Shown in pieces: positions 26,517 through 34,697 of a DNA stretch of 64,000 bases. Location: positions 1 to 64,000 of the IMG/VR virus record IMGVR_UViG_3300036985_002246; one strand, written 5' to 3'. Made by a program: the position numbers and the translations under genes. The notes beneath the pieces are model-generated. The model saw nothing but the letters and a program-made list of their open reading frames with translations, was not told the DNA's origin and did no database searches. Numbering within the stretch: the stretch's first letter is position 1; each line of letters begins with the position of its first letter. Source of the DNA: a virus.

Positions 26517-26797
26517 GGCTCGCCCTCGTCAGTTGGCTCGTCGAGGTTCCCTCGGATCAGGTCCTTCGTCGCAATGAAGTCGAACGACTCAGGACGGCAG
26601 AGGGACTCGAAGAGAGGGACCGACGCAACCTTGAGCCACACGACCGCCCTGTACTCCGTGGTGGAGATCCGAATCGCGTGGGAGACGCGAGCCTCCGTCC
26701 GGAAGACCGCTGCCGCGAACCTGCCCAGGCCGACGGAGGTCGGTCTGACGGTGACGCGGAAGGCGATTCTTCCGGCTGTGGAGAAGGCGAGCCCCAT
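26513..26797 (-). CDS. Hypothetical protein
   Basis: ATGA overlap with the phosphatase; start uncertain. Confidence 0.5.
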   Translation of the reverse strand: MGLAFSTAGRIAFRVTVRPTSVGLGRFAAAVFRTEARVSHAIRISTTEYRAVVWLKVASVPLFESLCRPESFDFIATKDLIRGNLDEPTDEGEP

Positions 26798-26829
26798 GCT
26801 GGGGGACTCAGATAGGAGGGCTAACCGGC

Positions 26830-27216
26830 TCAGTTGGCGTTGGGAGTCAGGTCCCAATCGGGCAGGTCCACGACCTGGTTGGCGACCTGCTTCCCCAGGT
26901 TGTACCCGTCAGCGTAGTCGGTCGGGCCGACGGCCAGGCAGAGCTTGTCCGGTGGGTGACCCAACTTCGCCGAGAGGTAGCCGGTCGCGAACGCGAGCTT
27001 GTCCTCGGCGGGGATCTTCTTCTCGTCGAGCCCGGCCAACGCGCCCATGAAAGCGGGGAGCTTCGCGGCCTTCGGTGGCTCGACCTTCGGGGGGGTGTGC
27101 CGGGGCGAGGAGGACTCCAGGCGCTCGACTCGATCGGAGAGGTCTGTGACGGTCTTCTCGATTCCTTCGAGCTTGGCGAGGATCAGTGTGAGCAGGGCGG
27201 TAGCGTCAGGTGTCAT
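26830..27216 (-). CDS. Hypothetical protein
   Basis: Coiled N-terminus; DYADGYNLG motif. Confidence 0.65.
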   Translation of the reverse strand: MTPDATALLTLILAKLEGIEKTVTDLSDRVERLESSSPRHTPPKVEPPKAAKLPAFMGALAGLDEKKIPAEDKLAFATGYLSAKLGHPPDKLCLAVGPTDYADGYNLGKQVANQVVDLPDWDLTPNAN

Positions 27217-27253
27217 GCGAGTCTATACGCCCCCCTTGGTGGTGTCTGACCCT

Positions 27254-27517
27254 ATGGAAAAGACTCACCTCGCCACTGTCACGGACATTCGGATCGCTCG
27301 GGTCAAGAAGCTCGCCCGAGCGTTCTTCAACGACCTGTCGGCCCCAGTGCTCGACCAGGACGTGGTGCCGCTGGCGTTCGAGTTCGTGGAGACCCTGAGG
27401 ACTTCAGGGCAGATCCCGACCCCTCACGTCAAGGGCGTCCTCACGAGACACACGGACCTGATCGACCTCCTCGACACGCTCAGGCGTGAGAGGGTCAAGC
27501 GTCAGAACCGGGGCTGA
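27254..27517 (+). CDS. Hypothetical protein
   Basis: ATG at 27254 downstream of GTCTATAC. Confidence 0.55.
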   Translation: MEKTHLATVTDIRIARVKKLARAFFNDLSAPVLDQDVVPLAFEFVETLRTSGQIPTPHVKGVLTRHTDLIDLLDTLRRERVKRQNRG

Positions 27518-28110
27518 GACTGGATCGCGTTTCGGGCCAGGTAGAGCACATGGCGGCAGTCGAGCGCGTCCTTGAGGGCCGAGTGCGCCCCGACCTTCGA
27601 CATTCCCAGGTGGTCGCGGATCTTGTCGAGGCTGAGCCCAGGTCCGGTCCCTGACCAGTTCCACGCGACGTAGGCGAGCGAGACCGTGTCGATCTGGTGG
27701 TAGGGGATCCGAACGCCCAACCCCTCGCGGGCGAAGGCCGACTTCAGGAAGTTCGTGTCGAACGTCGGGTTGTGCCCCACGAGGGTACCGGTGCTCGCGA
27801 GCAGCCCCGCAATCTCGTCAGCGTAGTCGGCGAACGGCAGGGTGCCCTCCCACTCCTGGGGCGTGTAGCCGTTGATCTCCAGGGCCTTCGGGTGGGCGGC
27901 TCGAATGTGGATTGGGCGGATCTTCCGCTCCCACGTCTGAATGATCTTGCCGAGATCGTTCGGGTTCTCGGGGACCTCCTCGATCACGATAGCGATCTCA
28001 ATGATCTCGTGACAGTTCGGGTCGAGCCCGGTCGTCTCGGTGTCGAGGTAGAGCCGGGTCGGTCGGCGGACTTCGTGCGGCTCACCCAGCGTCTGCTTCT
28101 CGTTGCTCAT
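27502..28110 (-). CDS. DEDDh 3'-5' exonuclease (DnaQ/RNase T-like)
   Basis: YLDTETTGLD, GHNPTFD, IDT, HSALKDA. Confidence 0.9.
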   Translation of the reverse strand: MSNEKQTLGEPHEVRRPTRLYLDTETTGLDPNCHEIIEIAIVIEEVPENPNDLGKIIQTWERKIRPIHIRAAHPKALEINGYTPQEWEGTLPFADYADEIAGLLASTGTLVGHNPTFDTNFLKSAFAREGLGVRIPYHQIDTVSLAYVAWNWSGTGPGLSLDKIRDHLGMSKVGAHSALKDALDCRHVLYLARNAIQSQPRF

Positions 28111-28112
28111 TC

Positions 28113-28340
28113 TCAGTCCCTCCGGCAGCATTGATTGGGTTGGGCCATTGCCCGCTCTGCAAAGACTCGAAGCTCAGCGACCTCAGCGGAGGGCAGGCTC
28201 TTGAAGTACGCTCGGGCCTCGTTGAACGTCCGCGACCACTGTGCGTAGACACGGACCCCAGCGTCTGTGCTGGCGGTCGTGTGGAGCGCCCTGCGGACCC
28301 AAACGTCCGCGAGGATCTGGTCCTTCGTGAAGGCACGCAC
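28113..28340 (-). CDS. Hypothetical protein
   Basis: Operon packing. Confidence 0.5.
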   Translation of the reverse strand: MRAFTKDQILADVWVRRALHTTASTDAGVRVYAQWSRTFNEARAYFKSLPSAEVAELRVFAERAMAQPNQCCRRD

Positions 28341-28355
28341 GACCCACCTTACTCC

Positions 28356-28667
28356 TCAGCGGCGCTCTGCCATTTCCTCGTCGTGGCGCTCGCGGTCGCC
28401 CTCCATGTGGTCGAGCGCGAGGTCCACAAGCTCAGCGTGGTATTTCGCGACCCACGCTGTCAGCGCAGCACCGGTCAGCACGTCCATTGTGTAGTCCGGG
28501 GCGGGGTCCGCCACGGTGGCGGGCCAGATCTCAGCCTGGTCGGGATCGACGACGAGTTCCGGCTTCTCCCACTCGCAGTCCTCGAAGGTCACCACGAAGT
28601 TGACGAGCGCCTGGGTGCCGTCGGCAGCCTTGAACTCTGTCTCCCGGACTGTGTATTCGCGGTGCAT
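28356..28667 (-). CDS. Acidic hypothetical protein
   Basis: First gene after promoter copy 7. Confidence 0.65.
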   Translation of the reverse strand: MHREYTVRETEFKAADGTQALVNFVVTFEDCEWEKPELVVDPDQAEIWPATVADPAPDYTMDVLTGAALTAWVAKYHAELVDLALDHMEGDRERHDEEMAERR

Positions 28668-28670
28668 TGT

Positions 28671-28714
28671 TCCCTCACCTTCTAAGCGGTTCGCGGGGGC
28701 TCCGATTCACGATT
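28671..28714 (-). promoter_or_regulatory. Conserved phage promoter motif, copy 7
   Basis: AATCGTGAAT...GAACCGCTT...GGTGAGGGA. Confidence 0.7.
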
Positions 28715-28722
28715 CGACCCCC

Positions 28723-28764
28723 AATCGTGAAAAGAGTCTCACCCCGTTCGCTTAGGGGTAAAGG
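28723..28764 (+). promoter_or_regulatory. Conserved phage promoter motif, copy 8 (upstream of the ncRNA)
   Basis: AATCGTGAAAAG...CCCCGTTCGCTT...GGGGTAAAGG. Confidence 0.75.
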
Positions 28765-28769
28765 AGAGA

Positions 28770-28927
28770 GGTTCGGGTCCAGAAAGCTGCGCTCGCTGAA
28801 AGTAGACGTTTGGCCACGTCGAAATCGCGGGTTGGCCAGTCCAGGTGTAGCTGGTTCGATTCCAGCGGGGTTGCACCCGTCCCAATGGTGGGAGTACACG
28901 GCGAGCGCAGCTTTCTGTACCCGAGCC
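28770..28927 (+). ncRNA. tRNA-mimic, Y-RNA (YrlA)-like structured RNA
   Basis: Perfect 17-bp stem 28780-28796/28901-28917, extending to about 27 bp; T-arm GCTGG-TTCGATT-CCAGC 28850-28866; hairpin GGGT-TGC-ACCC; D-arm-like TCCC-AATGGT-GGGA 28880-28893. Confidence 0.7.
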
Positions 28928-28935
28928 AAACGGAA

Positions 28936-29280
28936 ATGAACAAGATCCAGGTGCCCCCCAAGTGGGGAATGCTCACGAGCGAAGGGAACCGTGCTCTCAG
29001 TCGGAAGGCCAAGACCGTCGCTCGCAAGATCGAGAAGCTCGCAGCCTCTGGAGAGGCAACCCCGGCGAACGTGAGCCAAGCACTAGTCACCTACCTGGGG
29101 TCGTGGCTCCGCTCTCAGGAGCACCGGACCACTCACGAGGCGGGGGACGCCGCCGTCCGAGATTGCGTAGGGGACTTCCACGACAAGCTCTGGAACCACG
29201 TCTTCGGGGGTAACGGAGACACCATGTGGGACGCACACCTCGCAGCCGCCTACCGTCGCCGAGAATCCGAGGCCAAGTGA
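28936..29280 (+). CDS. Hypothetical protein
   Basis: HEAGDAAVRDCV motif; GTGA overlap downstream. Confidence 0.65.
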   Translation: MNKIQVPPKWGMLTSEGNRALSRKAKTVARKIEKLAASGEATPANVSQALVTYLGSWLRSQEHRTTHEAGDAAVRDCVGDFHDKLWNHVFGGNGDTMWDAHLAAAYRRRESEAK

Positions 29281-29468
29281 CAACGCTAGCTCTCAATCTC
29301 CCTCAGAGGCAGGACAGCTTGGCTGACCAACTGGCCGACTTGATCCATGTGGCGAACGCGAACGGAATGTACGACGCCGCCGACTTCCTCAGAGACCTTC
29401 TGGCCAACAGGCCCAGGTGTTCGCCGACCCTCAAGGAGACAGACCGTGACCATGACCCGAACCGGTGA
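29277..29468 (+). CDS. Small hypothetical protein
   Basis: LADQLADLIHVANANGMYDAADFL. Confidence 0.55.
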   Translation: MTTLALNLPQRQDSLADQLADLIHVANANGMYDAADFLRDLLANRPRCSPTLKETDRDHDPNR

Positions 29469-30219
29469 TCCGGTGAAGATCTCCAAGCTCCGAAGCACGC
29501 ACCTCGTCCAGCGGCTCCTGCCGCCCACGAAGAGCCGTCTCGGTGGTATCGCCCCGCACCGGGTCTTCGGTGTGGCCATGTTGGGGCTCAGCGAGAAGGC
29601 GTGGGACGTTCTCGACGAGGTCTGCACGATCGACTACATGGGCGCAGCCGAGTACGAGTTCGGCACGCTGCCCAAGTCACTTCGCGAGTTCGTGGCACTC
29701 TCGAAGGCCGGGGCGCTGCGGTCGTTCGCGTTCGCCCTCGCGCCCCACGAGCGCAAGCTGTCGTCCGACCGGACGTGGTGGGGGACCAAGAAGCCGCTGC
29801 CTCCCGCCAAGACGGTCACCCTCTATGGCTTCTGCAAGGAGAGCGACCTGGGGGAGGTCCAGGACCGTGTTCGTGCCCTCGCGAACGAGGACAAGTCCTT
29901 CTACGTCAAGGGTGGGACGAACCTCGTGGACAGCCTCGACCTGACCCGTCGCGAGGCTGGGCGTGTCGTGTGCGGGTGGCTCGAACTCGACAACCTGTTC
30001 GTGTTCTTTTCGGACCGAGAAATGTGGTCGGGGTTCTGCGAGATCTTCGGCGTCGAGGCGTGCCCTGTCCCGGAGGTCCCAGCCGTCTCCGACTACACCA
30101 AGCTCAACAAGCCGGAACTCTGTGCGGTGGCCCTGAGCTTGGGCGTCTTCCGCACCAAGTCCGAGGCCAACAAGCTCAGCAAGGGTGACCTCCTGAAAAA
30201 GTTGAGTCCGCCGACCTGA
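29452..30219 (+). CDS. Hypothetical protein
   Basis: DYMGAAEYEFG motif; long coding-like frame. Confidence 0.75.
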   Translation: MTRTGDPVKISKLRSTHLVQRLLPPTKSRLGGIAPHRVFGVAMLGLSEKAWDVLDEVCTIDYMGAAEYEFGTLPKSLREFVALSKAGALRSFAFALAPHERKLSSDRTWWGTKKPLPPAKTVTLYGFCKESDLGEVQDRVRALANEDKSFYVKGGTNLVDSLDLTRREAGRVVCGWLELDNLFVFFSDREMWSGFCEIFGVEACPVPEVPAVSDYTKLNKPELCAVALSLGVFRTKSEANKLSKGDLLKKLSPPT

Positions 30220-30263
30220 ATCATGTAAAAGCCGCCCCCTCATTCGCTTGTAGGGTGAGGAGA
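30219..30263 (+). promoter_or_regulatory. Conserved phage promoter motif, copy 9
   Basis: AATCATGTAAAA...CATTCGCTT...GGGTGAGGAGA. Confidence 0.75.
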
Positions 30264-30273
30264 CAGCGACACC

Positions 30274-30669
30274 ATGAACACCCAGACCACGACCCCCACG
30301 AAATCCTTCCGCGTCGGCGACATTGTCCAGTTCGGGCGCACCCACGGCGAGAAGACGCGAGGCCGGATCCTCCGGATCTCCGCCAAGTCCCTCTCGATCG
30401 AGACGATCGAGGAGCGCGGCAACGGTCGCGGGTCGGCGGTCGGGAAAAAGTGGCGCGTTCACCCGTCGCTCGTCCAGGCGGTCTCGCCGAACTCGGCCAG
30501 CCCGAGCCCCTCCAACTTCGGGCTCTCGCCCTACGCGACCCTTCGGGCGAACGTGGACTCGGCCCAGGACAACTTCCTCACGAAGGCTCTCGACTTCGGT
30601 CTGGGCGCTCCGGTGACGGTCGAAGCCTTCAACAACCTCAAGGCTGCTCTGGCAGCCATTGCCGCCTAA
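30274..30669 (+). CDS. Hypothetical protein with an SH3-like N-domain
   Basis: FRVGDIVQF...GRILRI...WRVHPSLV. Confidence 0.7.
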   Translation: MNTQTTTPTKSFRVGDIVQFGRTHGEKTRGRILRISAKSLSIETIEERGNGRGSAVGKKWRVHPSLVQAVSPNSASPSPSNFGLSPYATLRANVDSAQDNFLTKALDFGLGAPVTVEAFNNLKAALAAIAA

Positions 30670-31880
30670 CGGCTGGCCAGACGATCTCGAACGAACGCCT
30701 GTAGGCGGTCCGGGTGATACGCCAAGATTGGCGACGCCAGGATCGCCTCAATGGCGATCTTCGAGATCTCTCCGCGTTCGCGGCCTTCGAGCTTGAACTC
30801 CTCGATCAGCGCGACGCTGTTGATCGCGGGCTTCCTGAGCCGGTCGAAGAACTCGCTGGCCTCGTCCCGGTCCATTGGGGTGGTGATCTCCCTGAGTCGG
30901 ATCTGCTGGATCTTCGTCAGGAAATCGACCGGCTTGGACCCGAGCCCGAGGTCTGCCAGGTCGAGCAGGAGCCCGACGTTGCGGTTCTGGGTGAACTGCC
31001 CCGCCATGTACGCGGCGAAGGGCCTCTCGTCCCGGATCATGTCGGCGAGGGTGTCGATCAGCCCGAGTGACGCCATGGTGAGCAGCGACTCGCGGGCGCT
31101 GGGGGTGCCCAGAATGTCGCGCACCAGGATCGTGGCGACCGCCTCCCAGGGCATTTGCTTCATTTTCTCGGCGTTCTGCCTGATTGAGGCAGCCACAGGG
31201 GGCGCGATCTCCAGGTCATACTTGATCAGGAACTTGATCGCCCGGAGCATTCGCGTCGGGTCGTCCCCGAACGTCTTGTCGGGGTCGAGGGGCGTGTGGA
31301 TCAGCTTCTGTTCGAGGTGGCTCTTCCCGAGCCCGGTGAGGTCGATCACCTCCGCCTTGTCGGGGCCTTCCGCGAGGTCCAGGAGCCGCCACAGCAGCGT
31401 GTTGAACGTGAACTCCCGCCGGTACACGTCCTCCTCGATCGTGGCGGGCTGCACGTCCGTGGGCTTGTAGCCCTTGCCCTTGCCGCCGGACTCCCCGTAG
31501 GACTCCTTGCGGGCGTTGGCGATCTCGATCACCTCGCCCTTCATGGGGATCTCGTCGAGGAACCAGTCGCTCTTCACGGTGAGGATCGCGACGCCGTACT
31601 GGTTGGTCGTGAGGTTCGTCTGGGCAGGAATGTCCTTGGCGATCTGCCTGGCGAACCAGTCGGAGTCCTTGCCTCCGAGAGCCAGCGAATCCACAACGAC
31701 ATCAATGTCTTTCGGGGCAAGTCCCAGCAGGTGGTTCCTGACTGCCCCACCCACAATGTAAATGTGCTCGGCGACGCCTAGAGAGATGGCGATTCTTGAA
31801 AGGAACTTCATCAGGGCCGTCGCTCGTTGCTCTGCGGATTGGACAAAGCGGGAGGCGACAGAGATTGGGGATACAGTCAT
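30666..31880 (-). CDS. cca: Class II tRNA nucleotidyltransferase (CCA-adding enzyme family)
   Basis: VGGAVRN...KDIDVVV; ARKESY loop; DVYRREFTFN; FGDDPTRMLRAIKF; no poly(A)-polymerase GRRF signature seen. Confidence 0.85.
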   Translation of the reverse strand: MTVSPISVASRFVQSAEQRATALMKFLSRIAISLGVAEHIYIVGGAVRNHLLGLAPKDIDVVVDSLALGGKDSDWFARQIAKDIPAQTNLTTNQYGVAILTVKSDWFLDEIPMKGEVIEIANARKESYGESGGKGKGYKPTDVQPATIEEDVYRREFTFNTLLWRLLDLAEGPDKAEVIDLTGLGKSHLEQKLIHTPLDPDKTFGDDPTRMLRAIKFLIKYDLEIAPPVAASIRQNAEKMKQMPWEAVATILVRDILGTPSARESLLTMASLGLIDTLADMIRDERPFAAYMAGQFTQNRNVGLLLDLADLGLGSKPVDFLTKIQQIRLREITTPMDRDEASEFFDRLRKPAINSVALIEEFKLEGRERGEISKIAIEAILASPILAYHPDRLQAFVRDRLASR

Positions 31881-31895
31881 GCTATGTGCTCGCTA

Positions 31896-32612
31896 TCAAG
31901 GCACGACCGAGCTACGGAGCTTCTCGAACCTTGCCTGGTGTGACTTACGCATCTTCTGTTTGGTCTCCTCACTGAGCTTCGTTCCAGTACGCGCTACCCG
32001 CAGTGCCTCACGCCCCTCCTGACTGAACTGTGGCTTCACACCCAGCGAGGCTTCCCTATCCCTTCTCACCTTCTGTGCCTCTATCATCTTCTGTCTCGTC
32101 TCGTCGGACGCCTTGTGCCCTTGGTGCGCGAGGGACAGCTTCTCTCGAAGCGGAGCAGGCATTTTGCGCTCTCTGCTCTGCCATGCTTTCTGGAGCTTCA
32201 GACTCACTTCAGGGCGCTTTTTCCCTCGAAGTGGGGCAATTCTCTTTTCCACAACCTCTGTGGATTGCTTCTTCCCCACTTGAGCCATTCTCATGTTCAA
32301 TCGGGCCTGGTCTGAGGCAGACCCACCTCCGTCACCACCTCTTTTCAGGTTGTACCCATGTGGCACCAGGGTGCCGAGGGTGGAGATCCATTCCACCTCT
32401 TTTCGGTTGAGGTCGTCCTGGTCTACCGCCACGTCTAGGACAGTGACCTCAAAAGACTCAGCCCCATACTTGGCGACGGCTGCTCGAAGCGCAGGGCAAC
32501 CACCCTTCCGGTGCTGCCCCCACCTCCGGACCACTTCCTGAACAGTCTGACCCACATAGCCCTTTTGATTCGTGGTGCAGCGGATCAGATAGACGTGGCC
32601 GTAGGGGCGCAT
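31896..32612 (-). mobile_element. Free-standing GIY-YIG homing endonuclease with NUMOD3-like repeats
   Basis: GHVYLI...GYVGQT...RWGQH...E...GYNL; HxxSxETxxKM repeats; visibly more AT-rich than its neighbours. Confidence 0.88.
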
Positions 32613-32667
32613 GGATCGAGCATAGCACCGCCACAACCATGTCAATGTCCCTGATTGGCAGATCCCA

Positions 32668-32708
32668 ATCGTGAAAAGCAGTCCGCCCCACCCGCTTAGA
32701 GGGTGAGG
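32668..32708 (+). promoter_or_regulatory. Conserved phage promoter motif, copy 10
   Basis: AATCGTGAAAAG...CCCACCCGCTT...GGGTGAGG. Confidence 0.75.
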
Positions 32709-32816
32709 CGGTTGGAGTGGCAAGAAGAGCCGGAGCGACAGGAAGCCGAGGCCAAGCGCCAGCCGAGGGACCCCAAACAAGGGGACCCTGAGGGCACCCT
32801 ACGGGGTGCCCTTTTT
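32704..32816 (+). ncRNA. Candidate ~110-nt small RNA, or a 24-aa peptide gene (32717..32791)
   Basis: Bounded by promoter copy 10 and an intrinsic terminator; stems GGCG.TTGG/CCAA.CGCC and GGG.CCCC/GGGG.CCC. Confidence 0.45.
32791..32816 (+). terminator. Rho-independent terminator
   Basis: AGGGCACCC-TACG-GGGTGCCCT followed by a T run. Confidence 0.8.
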
Positions 32817-33056
32817 CGTGGACCTCTCCAGGTACATATCCCCGAGCCCGTCGAGCCCGTCGAGGACAGCGTTGATGTCCCTCTTGGTGACGCTCGTGGC
32901 GTCGTGCAGGAGGACCACCAGCGCCCGGCGATTCATGCCAGAGGCAGTGAACTCCTTGGAGAACTTGTCGATCCGACGCACGGCCTCTGCGAGCTTGCGT
33001 GCGTCCTCCGAGGTGTACTTGGGGTCTTCGTACTTGTCGGCCTTGTCAGTGCTCAT
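32799..33056 (-). CDS. Hypothetical protein
   Basis: LAEAVRRI...GMNRRALVVLLHD...VLDGL; ATGA overlap. Confidence 0.7.
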   Translation of the reverse strand: MSTDKADKYEDPKYTSEDARKLAEAVRRIDKFSKEFTASGMNRRALVVLLHDATSVTKRDINAVLDGLDGLGDMYLERSTKKGTP

Positions 33057-33511
33057 GGTGTGGACTCCGTCTGGATTGTGCGGAGGGCTTCCAAGCAATC
33101 CCTCTCGGACTCAAAGCGCCGATCTGCCTTCAGTGAGAAGAACCTCTGCTCAATGGGCTCAGCGACGACCCAAATGTGCCGGAGGCGGCGCACCTTCTCT
33201 CGCCTCAGGGCGAGGGCATACCCGAGTTCGACCCAGGCTCCCTGGGAGGGGTGAATACGGGTTGGGGTGAGCAAGATCAGCAGGTCTGCGCGTGCCACTC
33301 CGACGAGGCACGCCTCTGACTGGTCCTCCAGTTCGGAGGGCGTCGCAGACCTGTGCTCCCCTTCCAGAAGGTCGAACGACTCCCACCAGGGGAAGGTGAC
33401 GACACCTCCGAGGGCTGCCACCTTCGAGGCGAAGAGCCTGCTGCGCTCACGTTCGGAACTGGACCCAGACACGAAGACCTGGAGCGGCTCGCCGGTCGGG
33501 GAGTTCTTCAC
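33053..33511 (-). CDS. Nucleoside 2-deoxyribosyltransferase / dNMP N-glycosidase-like protein
   Basis: VFVSG, GVARADLLILL, GAWVELGYALA (catalytic Glu motif). Confidence 0.7.
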   Translation of the reverse strand: MKNSPTGEPLQVFVSGSSSERERSRLFASKVAALGGVVTFPWWESFDLLEGEHRSATPSELEDQSEACLVGVARADLLILLTPTRIHPSQGAWVELGYALALRREKVRRLRHIWVVAEPIEQRFFSLKADRRFESERDCLEALRTIQTESTP

Positions 33512-34056
33512 CGGGAGATCCCCTTCTCCAGGGGGCGGGCTGCCGTGACACCAGATTGGTTCTGGTACTTGGAGGCTGACCCGTAGGGGCGCTCGACCGG
33601 ACCTGAGAGCTTCTGGAAGACCACCTGGCAGATTGAGTCCCCTTCGCGGATCTCGACGGGGCCGCCTGCAATGTCGAGTTCGAGGGTGATATTCCCGGCG
33701 AACCCTGGGTCAATGAACCCGGCGGTTGCATGGATCCGCAGACCGACTCGGCCCCAGGACGACCGCCCGTTCACGCACCCGACCAGATCGGGCGGCATGA
33801 CGATCCGCTCTCGGGTGCTGATCAGGTAGAACAGACCTGGGCGAAGAATCCAGGACGGACCTGCAACCTCAGTGAGGTCCGCCTTGCCCGGCCTGAGCCC
33901 GCCCCCACCCACGGGAGGTGCGACCCGACACAGCGGTCCCATGATCGTCAGGTCAACGCTGGCCGGTTGGATCCGACCGTCAGCCCCCAGGGACTCCCAG
34001 TGCTCCGGGAACAGGGTCGGGAGCAGGGACTTGATCTGTGAGTCAGGAAGAATCAT
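33508..34056 (-). CDS. dcd: dCTP deaminase
   Basis: IQPASVDL, GRSSWGRVGL, AGFIDPGFAGNITLE, ICQVVF, KYQNQ. Confidence 0.93.
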   Translation of the reverse strand: MILPDSQIKSLLPTLFPEHWESLGADGRIQPASVDLTIMGPLCRVAPPVGGGGLRPGKADLTEVAGPSWILRPGLFYLISTRERIVMPPDLVGCVNGRSSWGRVGLRIHATAGFIDPGFAGNITLELDIAGGPVEIREGDSICQVVFQKLSGPVERPYGSASKYQNQSGVTAARPLEKGISR

Positions 34057-34142
34057 GGCCGCCCTCAGAACTCGTGGGCCGCTGAAGCACGGTCCAAGTG
34101 CCGACCATACGCCCCACGGGTGCCTGTGCGACCCCTCAACCT

Positions 34143-34697
34143 TCAGGTTGCGACCTCTTCTGAGGGCTGGGTTCGCAGGAGCGGGTAGCCGTTCTGCCAG
34201 TCGTCGAGGAGCGACGACCAAAACTTGGTGCGCAGAGCCCGCGACCAGATCTGATCTCGGGTCGCCACGTTCAACCCGAAGTAGCTGTAGCCGTCGGGGA
34301 TCTCGCCGACGATCCGGGTCTTGAGGATTGGGCCTCGCGGCTTGGCGTCGCGGCGTCGCCAGGTCAAGTCCACGAGGCACTCGCCGTCAAGGACCAGCCA
34401 CCCGTGGTTCACCGGCAGCAGCCCCGTCGTCGCGTACCCCTCGAAGTACTCCAGACGGTGGTCCGTGTCTGAGCGCAGGAGCGTCTCCTGGGAGTTCCCG
34501 TAGCACTGCTGCATTGGGAAGCCGCCCCCGCGAGTGATCACCCGGAGGTACTGGAGTTGCTCCTTCGAGAGCGTGCGGGACTCCATTTCCCGACCGTTCC
34601 TCAGGATGTACTCGTACAGGCTCTTGTAGGCGTACCCAGGCAGGGTGCCTTGGACCCTGCCGACCATTTCTGTCATCACGCTCAGGTACTTGCGCAT
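34143..34697 (-). CDS. Hypothetical protein
   Basis: CYGNS...YFEGYA...HGWL...DLTW (possible Cys-His pair); follows promoter copy 11. Confidence 0.7.
   Translation of the reverse strand: MRKYLSVMTEMVGRVQGTLPGYAYKSLYEYILRNGREMESRTLSKEQLQYLRVITRGGGFPMQQCYGNSQETLLRSDTDHRLEYFEGYATTGLLPVNHGWLVLDGECLVDLTWRRRDAKPRGPILKTRIVGEIPDGYSYFGLNVATRDQIWSRALRTKFWSSLLDDWQNGYPLLRTQPSEEVAT

Noticed and set aside
28850-28878. Canonical tRNA gene around the perfect T-arm
   Set aside because: No 7-bp acceptor partner upstream, no anticodon arm, and the D-arm lies 3' of the T-arm. Reported as a tRNA mimic instead.
32703-33254. 183-aa + strand ORF after promoter copy 10
   Set aside because: It runs through a strong terminator at 32791-32816 and is antisense to two credible genes.
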